Of a DNA stretch of 54,037 nt, positions 9,093-18,121 are shown in pieces (positions within the stretch are counted from its first letter, which is position 1; each line of letters starts with the position of its first letter). The translations under genes and the position numbers were made by a program. Location: positions 1 to 54,037 of IMG/VR virus record IMGVR_UViG_3300015203_000010, one strand, 5' to 3'. The notes under the pieces are model-generated. The model was not told where the DNA came from. It made no database searches and worked only from the letters and a program-made list of their open reading frames with translations. This DNA is from a virus. Taxonomy: Duplodnaviria; Caudoviricetes.

Positions 9093-9158
9093 CTCAGCGG
9101 TAGCAGCAGCGTCTTTGTAAGGCGAGGGTCGGTGGTTCAACTCCATCAACCGGCACCA
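9083..9158 (+). tRNA. tRNA-Thr(TGT)
   Basis: GCCGGTT/AACCGGC acceptor, loop TTTGTAA, GGTGG-TTCAACT-CCATC T arm, ACCA end. Confidence 0.88.
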
Positions 9159-9171
9159 AAAGGAAATCAAA

Positions 9172-9375
9172 ATGAATCAAATAGCTCTTGTCCCCAATCG
9201 TCCCGACTCCGAAGTTGCAGCCGAGTTGAAAGAGAAAATTATACAGGCTTATGAGCCTATCAATCAGGTGTTGACGGAAGCTAAGAAGGCCGGATTTGAG
9301 GTTAGTGTGGGCATTGGTCCTAACCCGTTCGGTAAATTCGTGATTACGCAATTGGTCATTGCGAAGCATTTTTAA
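9172..9375 (+). CDS. hypothetical protein
   Basis: AAGGA RBS, 67 aa. Confidence 0.65.
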   Translation: MNQIALVPNRPDSEVAAELKEKIIQAYEPINQVLTEAKKAGFEVSVGIGPNPFGKFVITQLVIAKHF

Positions 9376-9376
9376 A

Positions 9377-9550
9377 ATGTCACCTGAAACCATTAAAGCT
9401 ATTCTTGAAAGATTTCGCGAAAAACTTATTGACGTTGAGCAAGAAGCGCGTGAAAGTCACAAATTAGCGATGAATAGTTACGGTGCTGGCTATGATCGCG
9501 GTTTTGCTGACGCCATCAGAGAAGTTTTATCAGAGTTTGAAGATTTTTAA
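9377..9550 (+). CDS. hypothetical protein
   Basis: ATG right after previous stop; YGAGYDRGF motif. Confidence 0.55.
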   Translation: MSPETIKAILERFREKLIDVEQEARESHKLAMNSYGAGYDRGFADAIREVLSEFEDF

Positions 9551-9583
9551 CCGACTGCGTTAAGCCTCTCCGCGTCGGTTAAG

Positions 9584-9623
9584 CCCCTGGCATAGTCCCC
9601 CACTGTGCCGGGGGAACTTTTTT
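9584..9623 (+). terminator. rho-independent terminator
   Basis: CCCCTGGCATAG/CTGTGCCGGGG hairpin followed by T run. Confidence 0.65.
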
Positions 9624-9671
9624 GTATTTGACACGTTGTAAACCAATCCCTCTTTTCAAAAGGAATTGGTC

Positions 9672-10256
9672 ATGAGCGACGTGCAGGAAGTTTCAAAGCC
9701 CTATGACGCCACTAATCCAGGCTATACGCCTCCCGCTGACTATAGAAAGCAGCCGGATTCGCAAGACGCTGGTATTAAGCCTGCCTATGCTTATTCCAAA
9801 AAGCCTTTTGTCGAAGCTACCAAGATTACCCCGGCAAAGTTTGTAGCGGTCAAAGGTGCGTTAGACCTTTCCAAGCCTGTTTACGAAACTCGCTATCCGT
9901 TCAATGATCTTGCTGTTGGCGATGGTTACTTTGTCGCTGACGATGATGTTATTGGTGACAGTATTGATTATTTACGCAAGGAAACTTATCGCGCTCGAAA
10001 TTATTATTCGATAGTAGAGCATGACGAAAACGGCGACGAAGTTTGGGAAACACTGACAATCAAGAATCGAAAGATTACAAACGGTAAGTTTGACCTTGAT
10101 GATGCTGGCAACTTTATTATGAGCGCCACGCAGGTTAGCCGTCCTAAGCTAATCTATTCTCGCCATTTCAGCGCGATTGCTGTTGAAAAGGATGCGGATA
10201 TGGGCAACGGTCAAAAGGCCCCCGCTGCTGGCGTACTTGTAATTCGCGAAGCTTAG
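9672..10256 (+). CDS. paralogue of 7866 DNA-binding protein
   Basis: YPFNDLAVGDGYFV, Y...TGE-like segment, RHF...V and APAAGVLVIR mirror the 7866 protein; TTGACA at 9628. Confidence 0.7.
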   Translation: MSDVQEVSKPYDATNPGYTPPADYRKQPDSQDAGIKPAYAYSKKPFVEATKITPAKFVAVKGALDLSKPVYETRYPFNDLAVGDGYFVADDDVIGDSIDYLRKETYRARNYYSIVEHDENGDEVWETLTIKNRKITNGKFDLDDAGNFIMSATQVSRPKLIYSRHFSAIAVEKDADMGNGQKAPAAGVLVIREA

Positions 10257-10268
10257 CTTTTAAAGATT

Positions 10269-10302
10269 AGCCCCTGATGCTTTATTGCGTCAGGGGTTTT
10301 TC
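10269..10302 (+). terminator. rho-independent terminator
   Basis: AGCCCCTGATGC/GCGTCAGGGGTT followed by TTT. Confidence 0.7.
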
Positions 10303-10319
10303 TATGGTAATGTAGTAGT

Positions 10320-11075
10320 ATGAAAAATTCTGGAATTTATCAAATTAAAAATACTGTCACCGATAAAATTTATATTGGTAGTACATTAAATTTTATTAAG
10401 CGTTGGAATATTCATAAACGTCAACTTAATAAAAATATCCACCACAGTATACATCTCCAACGCGCTTGGAATAAGTATGGCGCGGAAGCTTTTGAATTTT
10501 GTGTTATAGAATTTGTTAATGACAAAACAAAGTTGATAGAGCGTGAACAACTTTGGATGAATGGAACAGGCTGTTATTATAGAAACACAGGTTACAATTC
10601 AAATCCAACAGCAGGAAATTTATTAGGCTTTAAACATTCTGCTGAATCAAAATTAAAAATGTCAAAGTCTCAAACTGGAAAGAAACTTTCTCCAGAAGCA
10701 ATATTAAAACTTTCAATTAGAAATAAAACTTGTGGGATTAGACCGCCTTCTAATAAAGGTAAGCATCATTCCGAAGAAACTAAAATAAAGATTGCGCTCG
10801 CTCAGAAAGGTAAAATTATATCTGAAGAATCAAAAAGAAAAATGTCTTTATCGGCCACAGGGAAAATAATATCTGAGGCGGCTAGGCGAAATATGTCTTT
10901 GGGGCAAACAGGGCGCAAACATGCAAAAGATGAAGTATTAAAAAGAAGAAATTTTAACAAATGGCCTTGTGAACTTGGAAGTGATTGTAAGTGTATTACT
11001 TGCAAGGAAAGAAGAACTGTGTTTCAAAGAGAGTATAGAAAGAGTTTGAAGCAAAATGCCGTTCGGCTATCCTGA
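10320..11075 (+). CDS. GIY-YIG homing endonuclease with NUMOD3 repeats
   Basis: SGIYQI...IYIGS...RW..H; repeated H/I-SEE.K.KMS. Confidence 0.93.
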   Translation: MKNSGIYQIKNTVTDKIYIGSTLNFIKRWNIHKRQLNKNIHHSIHLQRAWNKYGAEAFEFCVIEFVNDKTKLIEREQLWMNGTGCYYRNTGYNSNPTAGNLLGFKHSAESKLKMSKSQTGKKLSPEAILKLSIRNKTCGIRPPSNKGKHHSEETKIKIALAQKGKIISEESKRKMSLSATGKIISEAARRNMSLGQTGRKHAKDEVLKRRNFNKWPCELGSDCKCITCKERRTVFQREYRKSLKQNAVRLS

Positions 11076-11595
11076 CATATTTCAAGTGTCTCCTTTGAAC
11101 CAAGATGTTGAAAAAAAACAACATTTTGGTCTAGAACTCGCTAAAAAACATCGCAATTCGTTTGAAGCGGCTTGTGTTGTATTTCCATCAGACCCAACTC
11201 GCGCTTTATGGATCGTCAACAATTGGATGAATGACCCGATTGTGACTGAGGCTCGCGAAACTTTAAAAGCAGCCGAATTAAACAAACCCATCCTTGACAA
11301 AGAACAACTTGCGGCTAAAGTGCTGCAATTCGCCGAAGAAAAGAATGCTGACGGCACAAAATATTTAGTTGAAGCCAAGGATCGAATTGTAGCATTGAAG
11401 CTGTATTCTGAAATTGCCGGTTATACTGGTAAAATTGACATTGATGCTTCAACGAAGAATTTCACTCATAACGAAATGGTAATTAAACTAGTAAAGCCTG
11501 ATGTTAAAAAAGAGGCTAAAGTTATAGAAGCAAAACCTATTGATGAAACTTTAATTGAAAATCCTTTACCTTTAAAAATAAAACTCGTTGGCTGA
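11056..11595 (+). CDS. terS: terminase small subunit (putative)
   Basis: helical protein with AKDRIVALKLYSEIAGY oligomerisation-like motif; first gene of late region. Confidence 0.55.
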   Translation: MPFGYPDIFQVSPLNQDVEKKQHFGLELAKKHRNSFEAACVVFPSDPTRALWIVNNWMNDPIVTEARETLKAAELNKPILDKEQLAAKVLQFAEEKNADGTKYLVEAKDRIVALKLYSEIAGYTGKIDIDASTKNFTHNEMVIKLVKPDVKKEAKVIEAKPIDETLIENPLPLKIKLVG

Positions 11596-11621
11596 TTCAT
11601 TTTAACACAGGAACTTTAATT

Positions 11622-12197
11622 ATGATTAAACGCATTTCTCTTAGTTTGATTGCTGTTTTTGTTGTTGCTGGTGTTGCTCTTGCTGCTGGACTTTGGGCCA
11701 ACTTTCCAATTGTCGGTGGTGCTTCGTATTCGTGCGGTAGCGTCAATGCCGTGAGCAACTGTACGGTTGCCGCTGGTCCAGTTCGCCTAACTGGCAATGA
11801 GACAATCCCGGCTGATACGAATTTGTCGAGCGGGCAGACTCCGCAGACCGTTTTGCTCAAGCCTGCTGTGCTTGGCGCTGGTCCGCATCAATACGCGGCT
11901 TCGTTGAATGGTGACACGGTTACACTGACTGGCCTTCAGCGTCGGCTTATCATTGAACCGGCTGGCACTATTGCCGGTCTGACTGTTGTGTTCCCTGCGG
12001 CTTCGACGCTGGTGGATAATCAGTTGCTTGGTATCTGCACCACGCAGATTATAACATCGCTTACGCTAACCGCTGGTTCGGGCACTACAATTCTCAATGG
12101 CCCAACAGCACTTCTTGTGCCGGTTACGACTGGTGGCGCTTCGTGTGTTGAGTGGGTTTATCGCCTTACAAACACGTCTTGGTATCGCGTACAGTAA
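11622..12197 (+). CDS. signal-peptide, Cys-paired beta-rich protein
   Basis: ...VAGVALA|AG; 4 Cys; LIIEPAGTIAGLTVVFP...WYR C-terminal fibre-tip-like domain. Confidence 0.75.
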   Translation: MIKRISLSLIAVFVVAGVALAAGLWANFPIVGGASYSCGSVNAVSNCTVAAGPVRLTGNETIPADTNLSSGQTPQTVLLKPAVLGAGPHQYAASLNGDTVTLTGLQRRLIIEPAGTIAGLTVVFPAASTLVDNQLLGICTTQIITSLTLTAGSGTTILNGPTALLVPVTTGGASCVEWVYRLTNTSWYRVQ

Positions 12198-12228
12198 TCG
12201 GGCGAAAGCCTAACAGGGATTTGCCCAC

Positions 12229-12936
12229 ATGAAACGTATACTTACTGTAATCGCGGCTTTGATTATCGGTACTACAGCAGTTAATGCCGCTGCACTTAGT
12301 AAATACCAGCCGGGTTTCCGGCTGGTTGACGGTTCGCAACTCAATTTGATGGTTGCTGCTGTCAATAACCTTACTGGTAATGGTACGGCTGGCCCGGTTA
12401 CTGCGACTAGCCTTAGTTATACCACTACTTTAACTGGTATTTCGGCAAACGCGGCTTGCTTGTCGGTTGGTCCCGCTGGTAATACGAATCCTTCGCTTAG
12501 GGTTGTTTGCTCTACTGCGTCGGCTGCTACTGGCTTGCAGGTCACAAGCGCGGCTGCCGCTGGCGGCGTAGCTCTTGCTACCATTTCGTCCGGCACGAAC
12601 GAAAACCTGACGATTGATGCCAAAGGTTCCGGCACTGTCACAATCAACGGCACTGGCACTGGCAACATTGTCATGGGTCGCGCTGTTACGGGCGTCTCTA
12701 CTTCACTCACTGGTGGTTTTACCGCCTATTCTGGCACGGCCACGCCTGCCGCTGCGTCGGCTGTAGCGGCTCTCACGATGGGTTCGGCTGGTATCACCCT
12801 CACTTGGGGCACCGGCACGCCTAGCATCGCCGCTCCACAGGGTTCTATTTATATTCAAACCGATGGTAGCTCTAGCTCGACTCGACTATTCGTTCGCGGA
12901 TCGTCTACCTGGATTGCTGTCACTACCGCTTCTTAA
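12229..12936 (+). CDS. signal-peptide, T/G/A/S-rich fibre-like protein
   Basis: ...TTAVNA|AA; LTIDAKGSGTV and GTGTPSIAAPQGSIYIQTDG fibre motifs; 2 Cys. Confidence 0.75.
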   Translation: MKRILTVIAALIIGTTAVNAAALSKYQPGFRLVDGSQLNLMVAAVNNLTGNGTAGPVTATSLSYTTTLTGISANAACLSVGPAGNTNPSLRVVCSTASAATGLQVTSAAAAGGVALATISSGTNENLTIDAKGSGTVTINGTGTGNIVMGRAVTGVSTSLTGGFTAYSGTATPAAASAVAALTMGSAGITLTWGTGTPSIAAPQGSIYIQTDGSSSSTRLFVRGSSTWIAVTTAS

Positions 12937-12961
12937 GTTTCTACGTAGCCTCCCCCAAACT

Positions 12962-12993
12962 TCCCGGCTGGTGAAAGCTGGCCGGGATTTTTT
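12962..12993 (+). terminator. rho-independent terminator
   Basis: TCCCGGCTGG/CTGGCCGGGA followed by TTTTT. Confidence 0.65.
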
Positions 12994-13005
12994 CTAGGAC
13001 AAGTC

Positions 13006-13335
13006 ATGGTTAAGTACACCAAAGCAACTGTGGCGGGAAAGGTTGTTTTTACCTGGAAATTAAAAGCAAACGAGTGTGGGGAATACGCTTTCGACACTCA
13101 GGATAGAATGAGTGTACAGTTATCAGGCTATTTCAACGGTGCCAAATGTGTTTTTGAAGGCACTAACGACAAAGATTTAGAGCCTTCTAAGCTTTATGTT
13201 GCTTTTGAAGGCGATTTTGATTTTACAAAACCTTCCATTAAATCCATTCCAGACGTTTCACTGCTTGTGCGCCCTAGAATTATAGGCGGCGACAAGAGTA
13301 CAGAAATCACAGTAACCCTTTTGATGGTGCCATAA
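13006..13335 (+). CDS. small all-beta putative virion protein
   Basis: SVQLSG.F.GA..VFEG.ND motif of small phage jelly-roll-like proteins. Confidence 0.55.
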   Translation: MVKYTKATVAGKVVFTWKLKANECGEYAFDTQDRMSVQLSGYFNGAKCVFEGTNDKDLEPSKLYVAFEGDFDFTKPSIKSIPDVSLLVRPRIIGGDKSTEITVTLLMVP

Positions 13336-13868
13336 TGAGCGCAGACGATGACGTTTTGCAGGGTTTGCGATTTATAAAACAATATTTAGGACCGCTAATC
13401 GCGGCGGTTCCTGAGTTTGAAAAGGTTACATCGCTTCAGAATCATATTGCTTCGTATGAAGCGCAGAATGAAGATTTGAAGAAAGTTAAAGCAGACTTAG
13501 AAAGAGCCGTTGAAAACCTGCAAGCCGAAGTCGAAAAGACTAAGGGTGAATTGGCTGTTGTCGAAGGCAAGTCGAATGATGTTGCTGCCTACATCAAAGG
13601 CAAGCAAAAAGAGGCCGACGACCATCTTTCCGGCATTGTCAATAACGCTTCATTGATTGCTGAAGAAAAAGCAACAAAAATTATTGAAGATGCGAAGATT
13701 GCGGCTAAAAAACTAACCAATACTACAAACGCAAATCTCGCTGCTACGTTGAAACAAATTGACGATGCAAACGCGAATTTGCAGTCAATCGTTGTTAAGA
13801 CTGCTGATGCTCAGGCTGCATTAGACAAAATCAATAAGATGCTCGATGCACTTCGACCAGGGAATTAA
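13335..13868 (+). CDS. coiled-coil protein
   Basis: long heptad-rich A/E/K/L helix; TAATG coupling. Confidence 0.7.
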   Translation: MSADDDVLQGLRFIKQYLGPLIAAVPEFEKVTSLQNHIASYEAQNEDLKKVKADLERAVENLQAEVEKTKGELAVVEGKSNDVAAYIKGKQKEADDHLSGIVNNASLIAEEKATKIIEDAKIAAKKLTNTTNANLAATLKQIDDANANLQSIVVKTADAQAALDKINKMLDALRPGN

Positions 13869-13871
13869 TCT

Positions 13872-14282
13872 ATGGCGAAAGGTATCGTTGAACGCATTCA
13901 TGGTGTTGGTGACCCGAATTTTCCAAGTCGGACTATTAAAGTTAATGCCGATGGTTCAATTAATGTAAATTCATTTGCACCTGTTGTCGCGACCGTTACA
14001 GATAAAAGTTTTGATCCCGATGGATCGAGTCATATTGTAATAGCGGCTAATGCGGCCAGATTAAATTATTTGATTTATAATCCTATTGATGTTTCTTTAA
14101 ATCCAAATGGCAACAGCGTTTTTATAAATCTTGGCGCATCTGCTACTTCTACTGGCAATAGTTTTGAAGTTACTCCTGGTGGTTATTTCCCCCCTCCTGG
14201 CATGCCTCTATATCTTGGTGATATTTATGCAATCGGTAACGCAACGATTACTTCGGTTGCAGCAAAAGAGTTTACAGCATGA
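13872..14282 (+). CDS. putative spike/fibre base protein
   Basis: IKVNADGSINV; IAANAAR..YLIYN...VFINLG...FEVTPGG beta-sandwich pattern. Confidence 0.55.
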   Translation: MAKGIVERIHGVGDPNFPSRTIKVNADGSINVNSFAPVVATVTDKSFDPDGSSHIVIAANAARLNYLIYNPIDVSLNPNGNSVFINLGASATSTGNSFEVTPGGYFPPPGMPLYLGDIYAIGNATITSVAAKEFTA

Positions 14283-15244
14283 AAAAATTAATTTTAATTT
14301 TTAGCTTGCTTTTATGTGGTTCGGCATTTGCTCAAAATAGCGGCGTACAAATTCAAGGCCCGTTTGCTGTTAATGATTGTACTCAAATTGTTAATCGGTT
14401 GCTTATTAAAAGTACAGGTGCGCCTTGTAGTAGTGGCACTCCTACTGGCGCTGCTGGTGGCAGCCTCAAAGGTACGTACCCCAACCCCGGTCTGGCCGAT
14501 GTAAACTCTATTGCGACTTCGCTCGCCATCGGCGGCGCGAGTGGGGTTCACGCCCTTAGCATATACGGTGGCCCCGGGGTCGCAGGCCCGCAAGCGGTAT
14601 TCTACCAAGATGGCGTTTCTATAGGCGGGATGCTGTCAAACAGTCAGTTGAATGGTGGAACGGGGAGTGACTTCGCCCTTGTCACTGGCGTAGGCCGGGG
14701 GCTGCACTTCTACACCAATGATGGTGCGGTCAACGTTGACCGCATGGCAATCACATCTGGCGGCAACGTCGGGATTGGGACGACGGGGCCTGGACAGAAA
14801 TTGGTCGTAGGTAACATAACAGGACAAAATACTCTGCGCATCAATGGTTTAAGTACAGCCGATATGGCTCCTGTACTTTCTTTGCTTCGGAGTGGCGCAC
14901 GGGAAGCAGTTATTGCTCAGACCCTTGGTGCAGGATTCGTTATCGCGAATACAGGCGGCCTTGCCAACTATAATGATGCAACAATTGATGCGGCGGCTAA
15001 CCTTGTTATCAATAACTTAGGCTACGTCGGCATCGGGACGACGGCGCCGAGCAGTACATTACAAGTCGCTGGTAATATTACCATCCCCGGCGCTGCTGCG
15101 CCGATTTTGACCACCGTCACCACCGTTACATCGGGTGCAGCCGCCGCAGTCGGTACGCTTACGAACGCTCCTGCTGCTGGTAATCCTACAAAGTGGATAC
15201 CGTTCAACGATGCTGGCGTAACGCGCTATATACCAGCTTGGTAA
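14279..15244 (+). CDS. signal-peptide fibre-like protein
   Basis: ...GSAFA|QN; GAAGGSLKGTYPNP; two G.VGIGTT.P fibre repeats; NAPAAGNPTKWIPF C-terminus. Confidence 0.8.
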   Translation: MKKLILIFSLLLCGSAFAQNSGVQIQGPFAVNDCTQIVNRLLIKSTGAPCSSGTPTGAAGGSLKGTYPNPGLADVNSIATSLAIGGASGVHALSIYGGPGVAGPQAVFYQDGVSIGGMLSNSQLNGGTGSDFALVTGVGRGLHFYTNDGAVNVDRMAITSGGNVGIGTTGPGQKLVVGNITGQNTLRINGLSTADMAPVLSLLRSGAREAVIAQTLGAGFVIANTGGLANYNDATIDAAANLVINNLGYVGIGTTAPSSTLQVAGNITIPGAAAPILTTVTTVTSGAAAAVGTLTNAPAAGNPTKWIPFNDAGVTRYIPAW

Positions 15245-15262
15245 GGGGTACGATTATAAGGA

Positions 15263-16819
15263 ATGCTTTTAATGAAATTCTTTCGTGAACTTTGGTTTGG
15301 TATTCCTCTTAGCCTAATTATTTGGGCTGTAATGTTTGTTGGCTATGCTAACGCAGCTTGCTCCGCTGGAAACTATTATACCACTACCGGAACGAATTGT
15401 ATTTTTGTTTCTCCTACAAACCCGTTGCCAACTACTTCCACATTCACACCTTCGGGAACGCAAGACGTTAATTTGACTAAAATTCTCGGTGCCGCGCCTT
15501 CGCTGACTAACCCTCTGTGGGTTTTTCCGGCGACTGGTGCGACGTTCCCAATTAGCGGGACTGTGAGTGCAACACAATCAGGCACTTGGACTGTGCAGCC
15601 GGGTAATACTGCCAATACAACGGCTTGGCTTGTGACTGGCACAGGTGGCACGTTTCCGGTCACAGGTACGTTTTGGCAAGCTACGCAGCCTGTTAGTGGT
15701 ACGTTTTGGCAGGCGACTCAGCCTGTAAGCGGCACCTTCTGGCAAGCTACGCAGCCAATTAGTGCTGCATCTTTACCGCTTCCCGCACTTGCTGCGACTT
15801 CTACAAAACAATCTGACGGTACTCAAAAAACGCAGATTGTTGATGGCTCCGGTAATGTCATTGGTGCTACTTCAAACGCATTAAACGTGAATATTTCATC
15901 CGGCTTTGGAACGACCATTGCAGTTACACAAAGCACAAGCCCTTGGGTTGTTTCAAATGGCGGCACGTTTGCTGTTCAAGCAACACTTAGCGCAGAAACA
16001 ACAAAGGTTATAGGTACAGTCAATCAAGGAACTAGCCCTTGGGTTGTTTCCGGCACTGTTACCGCAAACGCAGGTACTAATTTAAATACTTCGCTCTTGG
16101 CTTTGGAAAGCGGCGGCAATCTCGCTACGCTTGCTGGTGGAGTGACTGCTTCGGTTTATCAGCACAACACAAAGCAGATTAATGGTGTCGTTCCATTAAT
16201 GGGCAATGGTGTTACCGGCACAGGTTCGCAGCGCGTAACCATTGCGTCTGACAATACGGCGTTTTCGGTTAACGCTACGTTGTCGGCTGAAACGACAAAG
16301 GTAATTGGTACGGTTAACCAGGGTACAAGTCCTTGGGTTGTAGCTGGTGGAGGTACAGCGGGAAGCGCCGCCAGTGGCGTTGTTACTGTCCAAGGTATCG
16401 CGTCAATGACAGCCTTGGCAACCACGCTTCCTACAACTCCCGCCATCGCAAGTGGTTCGGGTGTTGTGCCTGCACCAAGTTCCGCCGCTGCTGCTGGCAT
16501 GGCAAACGTGGTTTCAACGGCTGCTGAATCAAATCATGTTCTTAAGGCGTCTGCTGGAAACCTGTACTCGTTAACGGCAACTATTGGCGCGACAAGCGGA
16601 TATTTGATGCTCTTTAATGCAACATCATTACCGGGAAACGGTGCTGTGACACCAGTAGGATGCTATCGAGTTTTGAGCGATGGTACGGCTGGCGGGATTA
16701 GCCTTCGGTGGGATTATCCGCTGGTATTTTCAACCGGCATCACGGCTGGATTTAGCACTACAGGTTGCTTCACGCTCACAGCGTCGGCTACGGGTAATTT
16801 CTTTGGGCAGATACAATAA
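15263..16819 (+). CDS. signal-peptide repetitive fibre-like protein
   Basis: hydrophobic leader ending YANA|AC; GTFWQATQPVS x3; SPWVV x3; C-terminal beta domain; 4 Cys. Confidence 0.8.
   Translation: MLLMKFFRELWFGIPLSLIIWAVMFVGYANAACSAGNYYTTTGTNCIFVSPTNPLPTTSTFTPSGTQDVNLTKILGAAPSLTNPLWVFPATGATFPISGTVSATQSGTWTVQPGNTANTTAWLVTGTGGTFPVTGTFWQATQPVSGTFWQATQPVSGTFWQATQPISAASLPLPALAATSTKQSDGTQKTQIVDGSGNVIGATSNALNVNISSGFGTTIAVTQSTSPWVVSNGGTFAVQATLSAETTKVIGTVNQGTSPWVVSGTVTANAGTNLNTSLLALESGGNLATLAGGVTASVYQHNTKQINGVVPLMGNGVTGTGSQRVTIASDNTAFSVNATLSAETTKVIGTVNQGTSPWVVAGGGTAGSAASGVVTVQGIASMTALATTLPTTPAIASGSGVVPAPSSAAAAGMANVVSTAAESNHVLKASAGNLYSLTATIGATSGYLMLFNATSLPGNGAVTPVGCYRVLSDGTAGGISLRWDYPLVFSTGITAGFSTTGCFTLTASATGNFFGQIQ
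15656..15763 (+). repeat. 33-bp in-frame tandem repeat (3 copies, degenerate third positions)
   Basis: encodes (PV[TS]GTFWQATQ)x3. Confidence 0.85.
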
Positions 16820-17400
16820 TGCGTAAAATAATTTATGGACTACTGTTAGCTTTTGGAATTGTTGCGCTGGCGAATGCTCAGTACGTGAGCCAAGTCGTCA
16901 CTGCGGCCTGTACGGCCTTCGGCACCACGTCCGGTACTTGTATCCAAGGCGCTGGTGCGCTCGGCACACCATCGTCCGGCACGGCGACAAATTTAACCGG
17001 ATTGCCGTTGACTACGGGTGTGACTGGGACGCTTCCGGTTGCTAATGGCGGGACAAACGATACGGGGACAGGATGGACTTCTTATACAGCTACAGCTACT
17101 TGCGGCACTGGAACTGCTACCGGAACAGGCTGGTATAAAGCTATCGGTAAAACTGTTTTTGTTGTTATAAATATTAATGACTCCGGTACTTGCTTGGTGT
17201 CTTTGACTGTAGCTTTACCAGTAGCGATTAACGCTACAATTGGTGCTGTAATTAGCGGTACAAACATAGCGAGCGGTATTGCTCAGTATGGATATGGTGG
17301 AGCTACATTTTCTGTACTTACAGTTTTATCAGCTACGGGTGCTTTTCCTTTTGCTGCTGGCCAAAATGTTATAATCAGTGGCGTTTATTGGTCGTCTTAA
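16819..17400 (+). CDS. signal-peptide fibre-like protein
   Basis: ...ALANA|QY; LGTPSSGTATNLTGLPLTTGVTGTLPVANGGT fibre motif; 4 Cys. Confidence 0.78.
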   Translation: MRKIIYGLLLAFGIVALANAQYVSQVVTAACTAFGTTSGTCIQGAGALGTPSSGTATNLTGLPLTTGVTGTLPVANGGTNDTGTGWTSYTATATCGTGTATGTGWYKAIGKTVFVVININDSGTCLVSLTVALPVAINATIGAVISGTNIASGIAQYGYGGATFSVLTVLSATGAFPFAAGQNVIISGVYWSS

Positions 17401-17422
17401 ATCCTTTGAAAAATTATGAATT

Positions 17423-18121
17423 ATGGAAGTAGGTTTTCCCAAATCTGGAATTTACGCAATACTGAATACGGTAAATGATAAACTGTATGTTGGAAGTGCT
17501 GTAAATTTTAAACGTCGCTGGTCTAAACATATTCGTTATTTAAATAATAAAATTCATCCGAATAAGTTTCTCGAAAATTCTTGGCATAAACACGGACAGC
17601 AAAATTTTATCTTTGTTATCTTGGAAATTTGTCTTGTGCGAGAAAATTTAATCAAGCGTGAGCAGCACTGGATCAATCTTACTAAGTGCTACGAAAGGGA
17701 ATTAGGTTACAACATTTGTAGAGTGGCCGAAACTAGACTCGGTACTATACATACCGACGAAGCTAAAAAGAAAATGTCCATTTCTCGAAAAGGCCGCGTT
17801 GTCTCTGTTGAGACGCGCGCCAAAATTGCAGCGGCTCATAAAGGTAAAATTATATCTGAGGAGACTAGACTAAAATTGAGCATTGCTAATAAGGGCTGCA
17901 TTGTCTCGCAAGAGACTCGTGTTAATATGGCAAAAGGACAAACTGGCCGCAAACACTCAGAAGAAAGTAAATTAAAAAGGTCGGTGATTTTAAAAGGAAA
18001 ACCATTTCCTAATCCTAAAAAAGACCCACGACACTCAGAAGCTACAAAACTAAAACAATCCATCGCTAGGAAAAAATATTTAGAAAAACTAAACGGTGGT
18101 TGGTCAACCACATGGAAATAA
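17423..18121 (+). CDS. GIY-YIG homing endonuclease with NUMOD3 repeats
   Basis: SGIYAI...LYVGS...RW..H; HSEE repeats. Confidence 0.93.
   Translation: MEVGFPKSGIYAILNTVNDKLYVGSAVNFKRRWSKHIRYLNNKIHPNKFLENSWHKHGQQNFIFVILEICLVRENLIKREQHWINLTKCYERELGYNICRVAETRLGTIHTDEAKKKMSISRKGRVVSVETRAKIAAAHKGKIISEETRLKLSIANKGCIVSQETRVNMAKGQTGRKHSEESKLKRSVILKGKPFPNPKKDPRHSEATKLKQSIARKKYLEKLNGGWSTTWK

Noticed and set aside
3771-9158. tRNAs as prophage attachment sites
   Set aside because: No integrase, no duplicated tRNA 3' end and no host genes in the window
15656-16340. Repeats as a CRISPR array or DGR template/variable pair
   Set aside because: In-frame coding repeats with synonymous, not adenine-specific, differences; no reverse transcriptase in the window
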